Shown piece by piece: positions 31,305 through 42,341 of a stretch of DNA of 64,000 nucleotides. The DNA is taken from assembly GCA_964385015.1 (NCBI GenBank), contig CAYLLS010000001.1, positions 194,339 through 258,338 of the forward strand. Direction: 5' to 3'. Each line of letters begins with the position of its first letter. Positions within the stretch are counted from its first letter, which is position 1. Origin of the DNA: an uncultured Myxococcales bacterium. Its GTDB lineage: Bacteria; Myxococcota; UBA727; JABDBI01. Position numbers and translations under genes: made by a program. The notes beneath the pieces are model-generated. The model worked only from the letters and a program-made list of their open reading frames with translations, was not told the origin of the DNA and did not search any database.

Positions 31305-32240
31305 ATGTTGTATAATCAAAAGATTGCGATTAAAATTATTAATTTAACTAAATTTTATAATAATAATTTCAAGGCATTAAATAATATAAATTTAGAGATT
31401 ATGCGAGGTGAAATTTTTGCTCTTTTAGGTCCTAATGGAGCTGGGAAAACTACTTTAATTAATACTATTTGTGGAATTTCTAATTTTAATATAGGCTCTA
31501 TAAAAGTATTTGGTTATGATAATATAAAAGATTATCGTTTTGCAAGATTTTATATTGGTCTCGTCCCTCAAGAATTAACTACAGGAGTTTTTGAATCAGT
31601 TTTTCAAACTGTTGAATTTAGTAGAGGATTATTTGGTAAAAAATCATCTACATTTCATATTGAAAATATATTAAATAAGTTATCCTTATGGGAAAAAAGG
31701 CATTTTCAAATTCGTTTTTTATCTGGAGGCATGAAAAGAAGAGTAATGATTGCTAAAGCTTTATCACATGAACCTAGTATTTTATTTTTAGATGAACCTA
31801 CATCTGGAGTAGATGTGGAATTAAGGCAATCTATGTGGAATTATTTAAGAAATTTAAAAAAACAAGGAATCAGCATTGTTTTAACAACACATTATATAGA
31901 AGAAGCAGAAGCTATAGCTGATACAATAGGGATTATTAATTATGGTAATTTATTTTTAGTAGAAAATAAACAAAAATTAATGCATAAATTAGGCAAAAAG
32001 AGATTAATAATACATTTATATGAGAGATTAACAAAGATTCCTGATATATTATTACAATTTAATTTAAAATTAATTAATAATGGTTATAGTTTAATTTTTA
32101 CTTATGATATTGGGAAAATAGATAATGAAATATCATTTTTATTTGATATAATTAAATTACATAAAATATATTTTCGAGATATTGATATGTATAAAAGTTC
32201 ATTAGAAGAAATTTTTGTTCAATTGGTAAAAAAAAAATGA
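31305..32240 (+). CDS. ABC transporter ATP-binding protein (YadG-like)
   Basis: Walker A GPNGAGKTT, VPQE Q-loop, LSGGMKRR, LDEPTSGVD, TTHYIEEAE. Confidence 0.93.
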   Translation: MLYNQKIAIKIINLTKFYNNNFKALNNINLEIMRGEIFALLGPNGAGKTTLINTICGISNFNIGSIKVFGYDNIKDYRFARFYIGLVPQELTTGVFESVFQTVEFSRGLFGKKSSTFHIENILNKLSLWEKRHFQIRFLSGGMKRRVMIAKALSHEPSILFLDEPTSGVDVELRQSMWNYLRNLKKQGISIVLTTHYIEEAEAIADTIGIINYGNLFLVENKQKLMHKLGKKRLIIHLYERLTKIPDILLQFNLKLINNGYSLIFTYDIGKIDNEISFLFDIIKLHKIYFRDIDMYKSSLEEIFVQLVKKK

Positions 32241-32998
32241 ATTATATTGGCATTTTATCTATTTATAAATTTGAATTAGAAAGAGCTAGAAGAACATTTT
32301 ATCAAACTATTTTTGCTCCTATTTTATTAACAATTTTATATTTTATTATTTTTGGTTCAGCAATAGGTGAACGCGTAGGTAATGTCAATGGAATAAATTA
32401 TGGTGCGTTTATAATTCCTGGATTAATTATGTTAAATGTTTTAGGGCAAAGTATTGCAAATGCATCATTTGGAATATATTTTCCACGGTATTCTGGGACA
32501 ATATATGAAATATTAACTTCTCCACTTTCAGGAATAGAAATAACTATTGGATATATTAGTGCATCTACAACTAAGTCAGTTATTATTGGATTATTAGTAT
32601 TGCTAACTGCTAATTTTTTTGTTGATTTTCATGTTAAACATCCTGTTTATATGATATTTTTTTTATTTATCATTGGTCTTACTTTTAGTTTATTAGGTTT
32701 TATTATTGGCATTTGGGCAGATGGATTTGATAAGTTACAAATGATTACTTTATTAATAGTGAATCCATTAACTTTTTTAGGTGGAAGTTTTTATTCAATT
32801 AATATGTTGCCAGGAATATGGAGACAAATATCTTTATTTAATCCAGTTGTATATTTAATGAGTGGATTCAGATGGAGTTTTTACGAAAATGGAGATATTA
32901 ACCCATATTTTAGTTTGATTATTATTTCTATATTTTTAATTGCATGTGTTGTTATTAATTATCTGATCTTCAAAACAGGTTATAAATTAAAGAAATAA
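32237..32998 (+). CDS. ABC-2 type permease (YadH-like)
   Basis: Six TM segments; LYFIIFG, FIIPGLIM, PLTFLGGSFYSINMLP, NPVVYLMSGFR; ATGA overlap with ATPase gene. Confidence 0.92.
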   Translation: MNYIGILSIYKFELERARRTFYQTIFAPILLTILYFIIFGSAIGERVGNVNGINYGAFIIPGLIMLNVLGQSIANASFGIYFPRYSGTIYEILTSPLSGIEITIGYISASTTKSVIIGLLVLLTANFFVDFHVKHPVYMIFFLFIIGLTFSLLGFIIGIWADGFDKLQMITLLIVNPLTFLGGSFYSINMLPGIWRQISLFNPVVYLMSGFRWSFYENGDINPYFSLIIISIFLIACVVINYLIFKTGYKLKK

Positions 32999-32999
32999 A

Positions 33000-33359
33000 T
33001 TATTTGTTATTAGAAATCATCATTTGTTTAATTCTAGCTTTTTTACCACTTAATTGTCTTAGATAATATAATTTAGCACGTCTTATTTTACCTAAAGAAA
33101 TTACCTCTATTTTTTTGATAGCAGGACTAGCTAAAGGGAAAATTCTTTCAACTCCATAATTGAAACTAATTTTTCTTACAGTTATAGTTGATGAACCATG
33201 ATTATTATGTTTAGCTATGCATATCCCTTCAAATATTTGTATTCTTTGTTTTTTCCCTTCTTTAATAAGTGAATGAATTTTTAAAGTATCACCACTTTTA
33301 AAGACATTTTTATGTAATTTTAATTTTTCTTTTTCTATTTTTTGAATAATTTTTGACAC
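33000..33359 (-). CDS. rplS: 50S ribosomal protein L19
   Basis: FKSGDT, RIQIFEGICI, TVRKIS..GVERIFP, RRAKLYYLR. Confidence 0.98.
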   Translation of the reverse strand: MSKIIQKIEKEKLKLHKNVFKSGDTLKIHSLIKEGKKQRIQIFEGICIAKHNNHGSSTITVRKISFNYGVERIFPLASPAIKKIEVISLGKIRRAKLYYLRQLSGKKARIKQMMISNNK

Positions 33360-33447
33360 TTATATTGTCTCTGATAATTGTTACTTCAAAAGTATTGCAT
33401 ATATAATATTATAAATCAACTATTATTTATATATTAGCATAACGTTT

Positions 33448-33984
33448 TTACATTAATCCTAAATGTAATTTAGCTGCTCTTGACATCATGTTAGTATTCC
33501 ATGTCGGTTTGAATACAATATTTATATAAACTTTTTTTATTTTATCTATTAACATTAATTTTTGTTCTACATCTTCTTTTAATGTTTCACTCATTGCACA
33601 ACCAGGAGATGTTAAAGTCATTGTAACTGTAATAGTATTATATGATGCAATAGATATATGTACTTTGTATATTAATCCTAATTCTACAATATTAACTGGA
33701 ATTTCAGGATCATAACATGTTTTTAGTTGTTTCCATGCTATTTCTTCTAAACTATAATGAGTTAATTGTTCTTTATTAATTTTTTTGCATTCATTAGGAA
33801 TATCTTGTCCAATATTAGTTGCGTATTTCCCATGAATTCTGATATATTGACCATTTTCAGTTTCTGCTGAAAACATGCCACCTAAAATTTTAGTAATATA
33901 TATTCTTTGACCTGATAATAAATAAATATTATTTCCATCTGGTATAGTAGTGGCTAAACATTTTTGTTTTACTATTGACCACAT
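33448..33984 (-). CDS. sufT: Fe-S cluster assembly protein SufT (DUF59 domain)
   Basis: CYDPEIPVNIVELGLIY, MTLTSPGC, W...MMS.AAKL.LG; last gene of the suf operon. Confidence 0.9.
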   Translation of the reverse strand: MWSIVKQKCLATTIPDGNNIYLLSGQRIYITKILGGMFSAETENGQYIRIHGKYATNIGQDIPNECKKINKEQLTHYSLEEIAWKQLKTCYDPEIPVNIVELGLIYKVHISIASYNTITVTMTLTSPGCAMSETLKEDVEQKLMLIDKIKKVYINIVFKPTWNTNMMSRAAKLHLGLM

Positions 33985-34433
33985 ATGTTATTCTCCGACA
34001 TAGGTTTTTTTAATGCTTTATTGAGTGTATGCCAAGCTAAAGTAGCACATTTTATTCTAATAGGAAATTTTTTTACTCCATTAAAAACTGTTAATTTCCC
34101 TAATAATTGCATATCATTTTTAGATATATTAGGTTGAGTTAAAAATGCATGAAATGCTGTATAGATTTTTTTTATTTGTATTATTGTATTTTTATATATA
34201 TGATTTGTCATCATTGATGCAGATGCTTTTGAAATAGCACATCCATCACTTTTAAATTTAACATCTATAATAGTATTATTATTCATATTTACAAATATGA
34301 TAATTTTATCACCACATATTGGATTATATCCACATGAAACATAATGAGCATTTTTAAGTATTCCAAAATTATTAGGATTGTTATTATGATCTAATATTAT
34401 ATTTTTATATAATTCATTGATATTATTTAACAC
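33972..34433 (-). CDS. sufU: SufU (NifU-like) Fe-S assembly protein
   Basis: ILDH, NPICGD, GCAISKASASMM, RIKCATLAWH. Confidence 0.95.
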   Translation of the reverse strand: MLNNINELYKNIILDHNNNPNNFGILKNAHYVSCGYNPICGDKIIIFVNMNNNTIIDVKFKSDGCAISKASASMMTNHIYKNTIIQIKKIYTAFHAFLTQPNISKNDMQLLGKLTVFNGVKKFPIRIKCATLAWHTLNKALKKPMSENNICGQ

Positions 34434-35658
34434 ACATTACCTCTTTAACTTGTTGTAAAGCATTAACGCAATTATATATTTCTTGTATAGTATTATAAAA
34501 TGTTAATGAAATTCTACATACAGATGATATATTGAAGTGTTTCATTATTGGTTGAGTACATAAGTGTCCTGCTCTAATAGCAATGCCTTTTCTGTCTAAA
34601 ATAGAACTTATATCATGTGGATGAATGTTATTTAAAATAAAAGATAAAATTGATATTTTATTTTTTGATGTTCCTATAATGGTTAAATTTTTAATTGTTT
34701 TTAATGCAGATGTTGCTATTTTAAGCATATGTTGTTCATAATTTATAATATTGTTTAATCCAATTGTATCTAAATATAAAATAGCCTCTTTAAATCCTAT
34801 AACACCTGCGATATTTGGTGTGCCAGATTCAAATTTAAATGGATAATTGACATAAGTGCTTTTATATAATTCTACTTTTTCTATCATATTTCCACCACTT
34901 TGATAAGGCGACATAATAGATAATAAATTTTTATTACCATATAATACTCCTACTCCAGTAGGACCTAACATTTTATGACTAGAGAATGTATAAAAATCAC
35001 AATTTAGATTTTTTACATCAATATTGATATGCAATGGTGCCTGTGCACCATCTATTAACGTTTTTGCACCCATTGTTTTCGCAGCTAATATCATTTCTTT
35101 GATCGGATTAATAGTTCCTAATGTATTAGAAATGTGATTTAATGCTACTAATTTAGTTTTCTTATTCAATAAATTAAAATATTTCTGTAAAATAATGTCT
35201 CCATTATCGTCTATTGGTGCAATTTTTAAAATTGCACCTGTTTGTTGGCATAATATTTGCCATGGGACTATATTAGAATGATGTTCCATCTCTGATATAA
35301 TAATTTCGTCTTTATGTGTAATGTATTTTAATCCATATGAAAATGCTACTAAATTAATAGCTTCAGTAGTTCCTTTTGTAAAAATAATTTCTGAAGAATC
35401 TTCAGCGTTTATAAAATTAGCTACTATGTGTCTTGTGTCTTCATATTCTTGTGTTGCTATTTCACTTAAATAATGAATGCTTCTATGTATATTCGCACAG
35501 TATTTAGTGTATACATCTGTAATTTTATTGATTACATGTTTCGGTTTTTGTGTTGTAGCAGCATTATCTAAATATGAAAGTTGTTCATTATAACATTTAG
35601 CATGCAATTGTGGGAAATCATTAATTATATTATTTCCTAATAAAAATGTTTTATTCAT
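34423..35658 (-). CDS. sufS: Cysteine desulfurase SufS
   Basis: YLDNAATTQKP, EHHSNIVPW, SSHKMLGPTG, RAGHLC. Confidence 0.97.
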   Translation of the reverse strand: MNKTFLLGNNIINDFPQLHAKCYNEQLSYLDNAATTQKPKHVINKITDVYTKYCANIHRSIHYLSEIATQEYEDTRHIVANFINAEDSSEIIFTKGTTEAINLVAFSYGLKYITHKDEIIISEMEHHSNIVPWQILCQQTGAILKIAPIDDNGDIILQKYFNLLNKKTKLVALNHISNTLGTINPIKEMILAAKTMGAKTLIDGAQAPLHINIDVKNLNCDFYTFSSHKMLGPTGVGVLYGNKNLLSIMSPYQSGGNMIEKVELYKSTYVNYPFKFESGTPNIAGVIGFKEAILYLDTIGLNNIINYEQHMLKIATSALKTIKNLTIIGTSKNKISILSFILNNIHPHDISSILDRKGIAIRAGHLCTQPIMKHFNISSVCRISLTFYNTIQEIYNCVNALQQVKEVMCVK

Positions 35659-36929
35659 TATATATCTCTTAAATTATTATCAATCCAATCGTTTATTTTA
35701 AAATGTTGAAAAAATTTTAATATATTATTAGTTACTTGAAAATTTTCTAAAATAAATGCTTTTAATAATATTTTTATAGCATTATGTTTATTAATACATC
35801 TAGATTGTAGAAAAAATAATTGATTTTTATTGATTTTACTAATTGTAGTGCCATGTGAACATTCAATATCACTAGCATTGATTTCTAATGTAGGACTAGT
35901 AGAAACATTAATATCGTTTGCAATAAAAAGGTTATTATTTAATTGATCAGCTTTACTTTTATTTGATTTATTATTAATAATAATATTCCCATGAAAGTTT
36001 CCACTAGATTTTTGTCCATAAATATTTTTGATTTTTTGTAAACTTATGCCATGTGTTGCATTATGTATAATTTTAATATGCATATCTGTTTTTTGATTGT
36101 ATCCTATCATATTTGTACAATACATGTTACATGATGCATTTTTTTCTTTTAAATTAATATTAAATGTATTAAACAAATATTTACCTGAATACGTCATATA
36201 GTGTAATTTATATGCACTATTATGATTTTGTGTGACATTAGTATTAGTAATATTTATATTATTATTATTACCTTGCATGAAATATTGATGATGTACTTGT
36301 GAGTTTTCTTTGATCAATATATTGCACATTGAATTGGATACATATGTTTTATTATTGTTAGATATATGTGTTTCTTTTAAATGTAAACAATTATTTTCAT
36401 TTGTAATAATAAAAATTTTATAGCAAGATCCTAAATAAGATGTTTTATTATCAATGATATTAGCAATATGTAATCTATATATATTAATATTTTTTGGTAT
36501 ATATATAAATATACTATCTTTAAAAAATGCAATATTTAATAATTCGTATATATTTTTATTAATGCAAGTTAAATTGTTTTTAATGATATTTGGATATATT
36601 GCTTCTGCATGTTGAAAAGATAAAAACCATGTTTCAGGTTTTTTGATATGAACAATGGTTCCATTATAAAAGATTATAAGATTATAATTATCATTATTAT
36701 GTTTTAATTTATTTATCATATTATATGCATATGTAGTTTTTATATTATATTTTTCATAAAAATTAAAATTATTTAGAATGAAATTTTCATAATATGATAA
36801 TTTATATATATCGTTATTAATGTATTTATTTATTATGTTATATGCTTGGAGTTTAAAATCATCAATGTTCACATTTTGAACATTAATATTTTGTCTGTTA
36901 TATGTTAATTTAACATGATCATTGAGCAT
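35658..36929 (-). CDS. sufD: Fe-S cluster assembly protein SufD (diverged)
   Basis: C-terminal P.LEI.ASDIECSHG.TI...QLFFLQSR; position between sufC and sufS. Confidence 0.9.
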   Translation of the reverse strand: MLNDHVKLTYNRQNINVQNVNIDDFKLQAYNIINKYINNDIYKLSYYENFILNNFNFYEKYNIKTTYAYNMINKLKHNNDNYNLIIFYNGTIVHIKKPETWFLSFQHAEAIYPNIIKNNLTCINKNIYELLNIAFFKDSIFIYIPKNINIYRLHIANIIDNKTSYLGSCYKIFIITNENNCLHLKETHISNNNKTYVSNSMCNILIKENSQVHHQYFMQGNNNNINITNTNVTQNHNSAYKLHYMTYSGKYLFNTFNINLKEKNASCNMYCTNMIGYNQKTDMHIKIIHNATHGISLQKIKNIYGQKSSGNFHGNIIINNKSNKSKADQLNNNLFIANDINVSTSPTLEINASDIECSHGTTISKINKNQLFFLQSRCINKHNAIKILLKAFILENFQVTNNILKFFQHFKINDWIDNNLRDI

Positions 36930-36958
36930 TAGTTTAATATTCCTATTATATTATTCAA

Positions 36959-37705
36959 TTATATATCAAGCCAGCTATATCCTTTTTTTTCTAATGTATG
37001 GGATAATTCTTTATTACCTGATTTTACAATTTTTCCTTTATATAAAATATGTATAAAATCAGGTATGATATAATTTAATAATCGTTGATAATGTGTAATA
37101 ATTAATATGCTATTATGCATAGTTTTAATAGAATTTATAGCTTTTGATACCATAGCCAATGAATCTATATCTAATCCAGAATCTATTTCATCAAGAATAA
37201 TTAAATCTGGTTTTAGTATTAGTATTTGTAAAACTTCATTAAGTTTTTTTTCTCCACCAGAAAATCCATCGTTTAAATTGTAATTTAAAAATTTTTCATT
37301 CATGTTTAAATATTTCATTTTTGTTTGAATAAGATTCATAAAATCAATTGCATCTATGTTTTTTTGACCTAGAAATTTTCTTTTTGCATTTAAAGCTTCT
37401 TTTAAAAAATAAGCATTATTTACTCCAGGTATAGAAATAGGATGTTGAAATGCTAAAAATAATCCTAATAAAGAAATTTTTTCTGGTGATAAATGAGTAA
37501 GATTATGATTTTTAAAGGTTATGGTTCCATTATCTATATGATATAAATTATTGCCTGATAAAATATTAGCTAATGTGCTTTTGCCTGATCCATTAGGGCC
37601 CATAATTGCGTGAATAGAACCTTTTTTTATCTCTAAATTGACACCGTTTAATATTTTATCATTTTTAATTGATGAATGTAAGTTATTAATGTGTAAAATG
37701 GTCAT
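36959..37705 (-). CDS. sufC: Fe-S cluster assembly ATPase SufC
   Basis: GPNGSGKSTL, FLAFQHP, GFSGGEKK, LDEIDSGLDID, ITHYQRLL. Confidence 0.98.
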   Translation of the reverse strand: MTILHINNLHSSIKNDKILNGVNLEIKKGSIHAIMGPNGSGKSTLANILSGNNLYHIDNGTITFKNHNLTHLSPEKISLLGLFLAFQHPISIPGVNNAYFLKEALNAKRKFLGQKNIDAIDFMNLIQTKMKYLNMNEKFLNYNLNDGFSGGEKKLNEVLQILILKPDLIILDEIDSGLDIDSLAMVSKAINSIKTMHNSILIITHYQRLLNYIIPDFIHILYKGKIVKSGNKELSHTLEKKGYSWLDI

Positions 37706-37732
37706 TGAGTTTATCCTAATATATAATTGTTA

Positions 37733-39193
37733 TTAACCTATAGCATTTTCCATGTTAATATTCATTAATTTTTGAGCTTCTACAGCGAATTCCATGGGTA
37801 ATTTTTTAAATACGCTTTTACAAAAACCATTTACAATTAATGATATGGCATTTTCTTTAGAAAATCCACGTTGATAACAATAATGCATTTGATTATATTT
37901 AATTTTAGATGCAACTGCTTCATGTTCTATATGTGAATTATCATTTTTCATTTGAAATGTAGGTATAGTATAAGATGATGATGCATCACCAAATAACATT
38001 GAATCACATTGTGAATAATTTTTAGAATAATTAGCTTTTTTTTGTATTCTAATTAAGCCTCTATAAGTGTTTTGTGCTTTTCCAGCAGAAATGCTTTTTG
38101 ATATAATATTACTTGTAGTGTTCTCCCCTATATGAATCATTTTACTTCCAGTATCAGCTTGTTGCATATTATTGACGAATGAAACTGAATAAAATTCACC
38201 TTTAGAGTGATTCCCGTATAATATGCAACTAGGATATTTCCATGTAATTGCAGAACCTGTTTCTATTTGTATCCAAGAGATTTTTGATTGATTGCCTTTG
38301 CATAATCCACGTTTAGTAACAAAATTAAATATACCTCCCTTACCGTTAATATCTCCAGGATACCAATTTTGAACAGTTGAATATTTAATTGTAGCATTAT
38401 CTAGAGCTATTAATTCAACTACAGCAGCGTGCAACTGATTTTCATCTCTAATTGGGGCAGTGCAACCTTCTAAGTAACTGACGTATGATTTGTTTTCTGC
38501 AATAATTAAAGTTCTTTCAAATTGACCAATTCTAGCTGCATTAATACGAAAATATGTAGATAATTCCATAGGACAATGTGTATTTTTAGGTATAAAACAA
38601 AATGATCCATCACTGAATACAGCGGAATTTAAAGCTGCAAAATAATTATCACTATAAGGAACTACACTTCCTAAATATTGTTGTATTAAATTAGGATGTT
38701 TTTGCACTGCTTCAGAGAATGAACAAAATATAATACCATGTTCATTTAATGTATTTTTAAATGTAGTGGCTACTGATACGCTATCAAAAATAGCATCTAC
38801 AGCTATAATATTAGATAATATTTTTTGTTCTTGTAATGGTATTCCTAATTTATTATATGTATCTAATATATTAGGATCTATATCATTTAAAGTTTTATTT
38901 TTGTTTACTTGTTTCGGAGATGAATAGTATATTATATCATTAAAATTAATGTGCGGATATGTGATGTTTGACCATTGTGGAATTTGATTATTTTTATTTA
39001 AATTTTGCCAATATTTAAATGCTTTTAATCTAAAACTAAGTAGCCATTTAGGCTCTTTTTTTTTAAACGAAATGTCTTTAATAATGCATTCATTTAATCC
39101 AGGATTAATTTGATCATCTTTTATATCTGTTGTAAAACCATATTGATATTTTTTGTTTTTTAATGTATGAATAGTTTTATGATTGGATTGCAT
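37733..39193 (-). CDS. sufB: Fe-S cluster assembly protein SufB
   Basis: [57 protein letters not shown]. Confidence 0.98.
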   Translation of the reverse strand: MQSNHKTIHTLKNKKYQYGFTTDIKDDQINPGLNECIIKDISFKKKEPKWLLSFRLKAFKYWQNLNKNNQIPQWSNITYPHINFNDIIYYSSPKQVNKNKTLNDIDPNILDTYNKLGIPLQEQKILSNIIAVDAIFDSVSVATTFKNTLNEHGIIFCSFSEAVQKHPNLIQQYLGSVVPYSDNYFAALNSAVFSDGSFCFIPKNTHCPMELSTYFRINAARIGQFERTLIIAENKSYVSYLEGCTAPIRDENQLHAAVVELIALDNATIKYSTVQNWYPGDINGKGGIFNFVTKRGLCKGNQSKISWIQIETGSAITWKYPSCILYGNHSKGEFYSVSFVNNMQQADTGSKMIHIGENTTSNIISKSISAGKAQNTYRGLIRIQKKANYSKNYSQCDSMLFGDASSSYTIPTFQMKNDNSHIEHEAVASKIKYNQMHYCYQRGFSKENAISLIVNGFCKSVFKKLPMEFAVEAQKLMNINMENAIG

Positions 39194-39216
39194 GTTTTTA
39201 AACCTATTTTTATATT

Positions 39217-39636
39217 TTATGTTATTAATTTACTAATATGTGCTAAACTAATTTTTTCTAATGTTATTAGTATTGTATTATTAATATGTTTCCATATTTT
39301 ATGCATAGGACATGAGTGTTTAATATTACATGTTAATTTATTTGAAGAATTATTATATATGCAATTAGTAATTGCTATGGGACCTTCAATGGCTAATATC
39401 ATTTCTGCAATAGAAATATGATGAGGGTTTTTCAATATTGCATATCCTCCATTTATGCCTCTTTTTGAAATAATAATTTGTTTTTTAGTTAATATTTTTA
39501 ATAATTTACTTACAGTTGGTACTGGAATTTTTGTTTTTTGAGCAAGTATTTTAGCTGAAATAATTGTGTTTTTATTTTTAGCAATATATGCTAATATGAT
39601 TGTTGAATAATCAGTTAATTTTTTAATTTTTAGCAT
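39217..39636 (-). CDS. Rrf2/IscR-family regulator of the suf operon
   Basis: [32 protein letters not shown]...C....CPMH (three Cys plus His). Confidence 0.93.
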   Translation of the reverse strand: MLKIKKLTDYSTIILAYIAKNKNTIISAKILAQKTKIPVPTVSKLLKILTKKQIIISKRGINGGYAILKNPHHISIAEMILAIEGPIAITNCIYNNSSNKLTCNIKHSCPMHKIWKHINNTILITLEKISLAHISKLIT

Positions 39637-39664
39637 ATTCTCTCAATGTAGTTGCAAATAATAT

Positions 39665-39714
39665 TAGAACCTAAACAGTACTGATTAGTTTATATATGTT
39701 TTTTTTTATGTCAA
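39665..39714 (-). promoter_or_regulatory. Candidate sigma70 promoter and Rrf2 operator of the suf operon
   Basis: Minus strand TTGACA (39714-39709), 16 bp, TAAACT (39692-39687), immediately followed by the imperfect inverted repeat AGTAC-tgtttag-GTTCT. Confidence 0.55.
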
Positions 39715-39748
39715 TATATTTTATATATAATTTATGGAGGAAAATGTC

Positions 39749-40681
39749 ATGTTATTAAATATTAAAATTAAAGAAAAAATTATAAATTATATTAATAGAG
39801 AAAAGATAGCATTATTTATAAAAGGAACTCCACAAGAACCACAATGTGGTTTTTCTGCGAAAATAATAGAAATTTTAGATTTTTTTGTATCTGATTATGT
39901 ATCTATCAATGTATTAGAAGATGAACAAGTACGTAATGGAATAAAAGAATATTCTAATTGGCCAACTATACCACAATTATATGTAGATCAAAAATTTATT
40001 GGTGGTAGTGATGTTGTATCACAAATGTATGATAATGGTGAATTGTTAGAGTTATTTAATATAAAAAAAATATCAAAAAATTTTATATTTAATATTAAGA
40101 TTACTAATGATGCTAAAAATAAATTTATAAATTTTTTACAGAATAATAATAAAATATCTTATTTTAGATTAACTATAAATGCTAAATTTGAACATAAATT
40201 ATCTATTAGTATATTAAAACAAAACGATGTAATAAGCAAAAATAATGATATTTCATTAATTTTAGATCCTGTATCTGCAACAAGAGTAAATAATATAATT
40301 ATTGATTATAAACAAATTGGTTTTAAAGAGGGATTTAAAATAATTAATCCTAATAAACCTCCAAAAATAAAACAAATAAATGCATTAGAATTAAAAAGGA
40401 AAATAGACAATAAAGATAAACTAATGGTTTTTGACGTTAGAACAAAAGAAGAATGGGATATTGTACATATTAAAAATACATATTTTTTTAGAGATTTTTC
40501 ATCAGAACAAAAAAATAAATTAAATAAACATAAGATGATTGTTTTTTTATGTCATCATGGAATGAGAAGTCAACGTATAGCTGAATCATTTAGAATGAAT
40601 GGATTTACTAATGTTTATAATTTAATTGGTGGTATTGATGAGTGGTCAAGAAATATTGACACAACATTAGTTAGGTATTAA
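39749..40681 (+). CDS. grxD: Monothiol glutaredoxin (Grx4) fused to HesB/A-type-carrier-like and rhodanese domains (ORF track start 39734; ATG at 39749 follows GGAGG)
   Basis: KGTPQEPQCGFS, WPTIPQLY, FIGGSD; middle ITNDAK...FRLTI...GFKIINPN; C-terminal DVRT..EW...LCHHGMRS...NLIGGIDEW. Confidence 0.9.
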   Translation: MLLNIKIKEKIINYINREKIALFIKGTPQEPQCGFSAKIIEILDFFVSDYVSINVLEDEQVRNGIKEYSNWPTIPQLYVDQKFIGGSDVVSQMYDNGELLELFNIKKISKNFIFNIKITNDAKNKFINFLQNNNKISYFRLTINAKFEHKLSISILKQNDVISKNNDISLILDPVSATRVNNIIIDYKQIGFKEGFKIINPNKPPKIKQINALELKRKIDNKDKLMVFDVRTKEEWDIVHIKNTYFFRDFSSEQKNKLNKHKMIVFLCHHGMRSQRIAESFRMNGFTNVYNLIGGIDEWSRNIDTTLVRY

Positions 40682-40708
40682 TATAAGTATTTGATTTTAA
40701 TCATGTCA

Positions 40709-40791
40709 GCGAGTGTGGCGAAATTTGGTATACGCGCTGGATTTAGGTTCCAGTGGGATTTCCTGTGTGGGTTCGATTCCCTCCACTCGCA
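40709..40791 (+). tRNA. tRNA-Leu(TAG)
   Basis: Acceptor GCGAGTG/CACTCGC-A, anticodon arm CTGGA-TTTAGGT-TCCAG, long variable arm, T-loop TTCGATT; CCA not encoded. Confidence 0.96.
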
Positions 40792-40910
40792 TTAGTAATT
40801 ATAATATAATTGAAATATAAATATATATAAACAAATCAAATAAAATTAAATGATATTAATAATGTAGTTAGAATAATTATTCTAGTTTTACATATTGTTT
40901 TAAACAAATA

Positions 40911-42341
40911 TTGAATTGGATGATATTTATGTATATACATAGAAAATATAACAATATTTATATTGAAACTTTTGGTTGTCAAATGAATATTCTGGATACT
41001 AATATAATTATAAATTTATTAAAAAAATCTAATTATCATTTTGTTAATATACCAAATAAAGCTAATATAATTTTATATAATACTTGTTCTGTAAGAGAAT
41101 TATGTGAACAAAAAGTTTTAAGTAGAATAGGTTATTTAAATAAACAACAAAAAGCAGGAGCTGATATTAAAATTGGTATATTAGGTTGCATGGCAGAAAG
41201 TATAAAAGCAAAAATGTTAAAAAACAATAAATCTGTAGATTTTATAATAGGTCCTAATCAACTTTTTAATATATTAAATGTTTTAAATAATATTAATAAT
41301 GTTGTAAAAAACAATATAGTTCAAATATTTATTGATAATAATTATAAATTTAAAACTAATAAACTTATATATGCAAAACGTTATACTAATTTAAATCATT
41401 TTGATTCTTTAAATAGATATACAAATTATAAATATAGAGCATTTGTTCGCATTACTAGAGGTTGTAATAAATTTTGTTCTTTTTGTATAGTGCCATATGT
41501 GAGAGGATTAGAAGTTCATAGAAATCCAAAATCTATTATTAAAGAAATTGAATATTTAGTAGATAAGGGAATAAAAGAGATTGTTTTACTTGGTCAAACA
41601 ATTAATCATTATGTTTATAAAAGTTATAATAAAATTACTACTTTAGCTGATTTATTATTTCAAATACATGAACAAATCCCAACTTTATGTCGTTTGCGTT
41701 TTTTAACATCTCATCCTGTGAATTTTGATGTAAGTATTTTTGATGTAATGCTATCTTGTAATAGAATTTCTAGATATTTACATATACCTGCTCAATCAGG
41801 AAGTAATAAAATCCTCTCTTTAATGAATAGAGGCTATACAATTGAATCATATTATGATTTTATAAACATAGCTAAGAACAAAATTTCAGATATTAGTATA
41901 TATGGAGATATTATTGTTGGATTCCCCACAGAAAATGAGCATGATTTTCAAAAAACAAAAGATTTATTAAATAATGTACAATATAGAAATATTTTTGTTT
42001 TTAAATATTCACCAAGACCTCATACTGTTGCATTTAATAAAATGACAGATGATGTTAATTTAATAATTAAAAAAAATAGAAATAATGAAATATTAACATT
42101 ACAAAAACAAATTTCTTTACAATATAATAAAACTTTAATTAACAAAGTATTGTTAGTATTAGTAGAAGAAGAAATTAAACATAATATATTGAATATGCAT
42201 GAAAAAAGTGTAAAATTAAAAGGAAGATCTTATGATGATTATGTAATTATTTTTTATGGTGAAAAAAAAATAATTGGCACAATTGTATCCATTAAAATTA
42301 TATCTATTACTTCTTTGTGTTTATATGGTAAATTGATTTAA
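40911..42341 (+). CDS. miaB: tRNA-2-methylthio-N6-dimethylallyladenosine synthase (true start may be the ATG at 40929)
   Basis: TFGCQMN, NTCSVRE, GCMA, radical SAM GCNKFCSFCIVPYVRG, HIPAQSGS, IVGFP, YSPRP, TRAM domain. Confidence 0.95.
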   Translation: MNWMIFMYIHRKYNNIYIETFGCQMNILDTNIIINLLKKSNYHFVNIPNKANIILYNTCSVRELCEQKVLSRIGYLNKQQKAGADIKIGILGCMAESIKAKMLKNNKSVDFIIGPNQLFNILNVLNNINNVVKNNIVQIFIDNNYKFKTNKLIYAKRYTNLNHFDSLNRYTNYKYRAFVRITRGCNKFCSFCIVPYVRGLEVHRNPKSIIKEIEYLVDKGIKEIVLLGQTINHYVYKSYNKITTLADLLFQIHEQIPTLCRLRFLTSHPVNFDVSIFDVMLSCNRISRYLHIPAQSGSNKILSLMNRGYTIESYYDFINIAKNKISDISIYGDIIVGFPTENEHDFQKTKDLLNNVQYRNIFVFKYSPRPHTVAFNKMTDDVNLIIKKNRNNEILTLQKQISLQYNKTLINKVLLVLVEEEIKHNILNMHEKSVKLKGRSYDDYVIIFYGEKKIIGTIVSIKIISITSLCLYGKLI

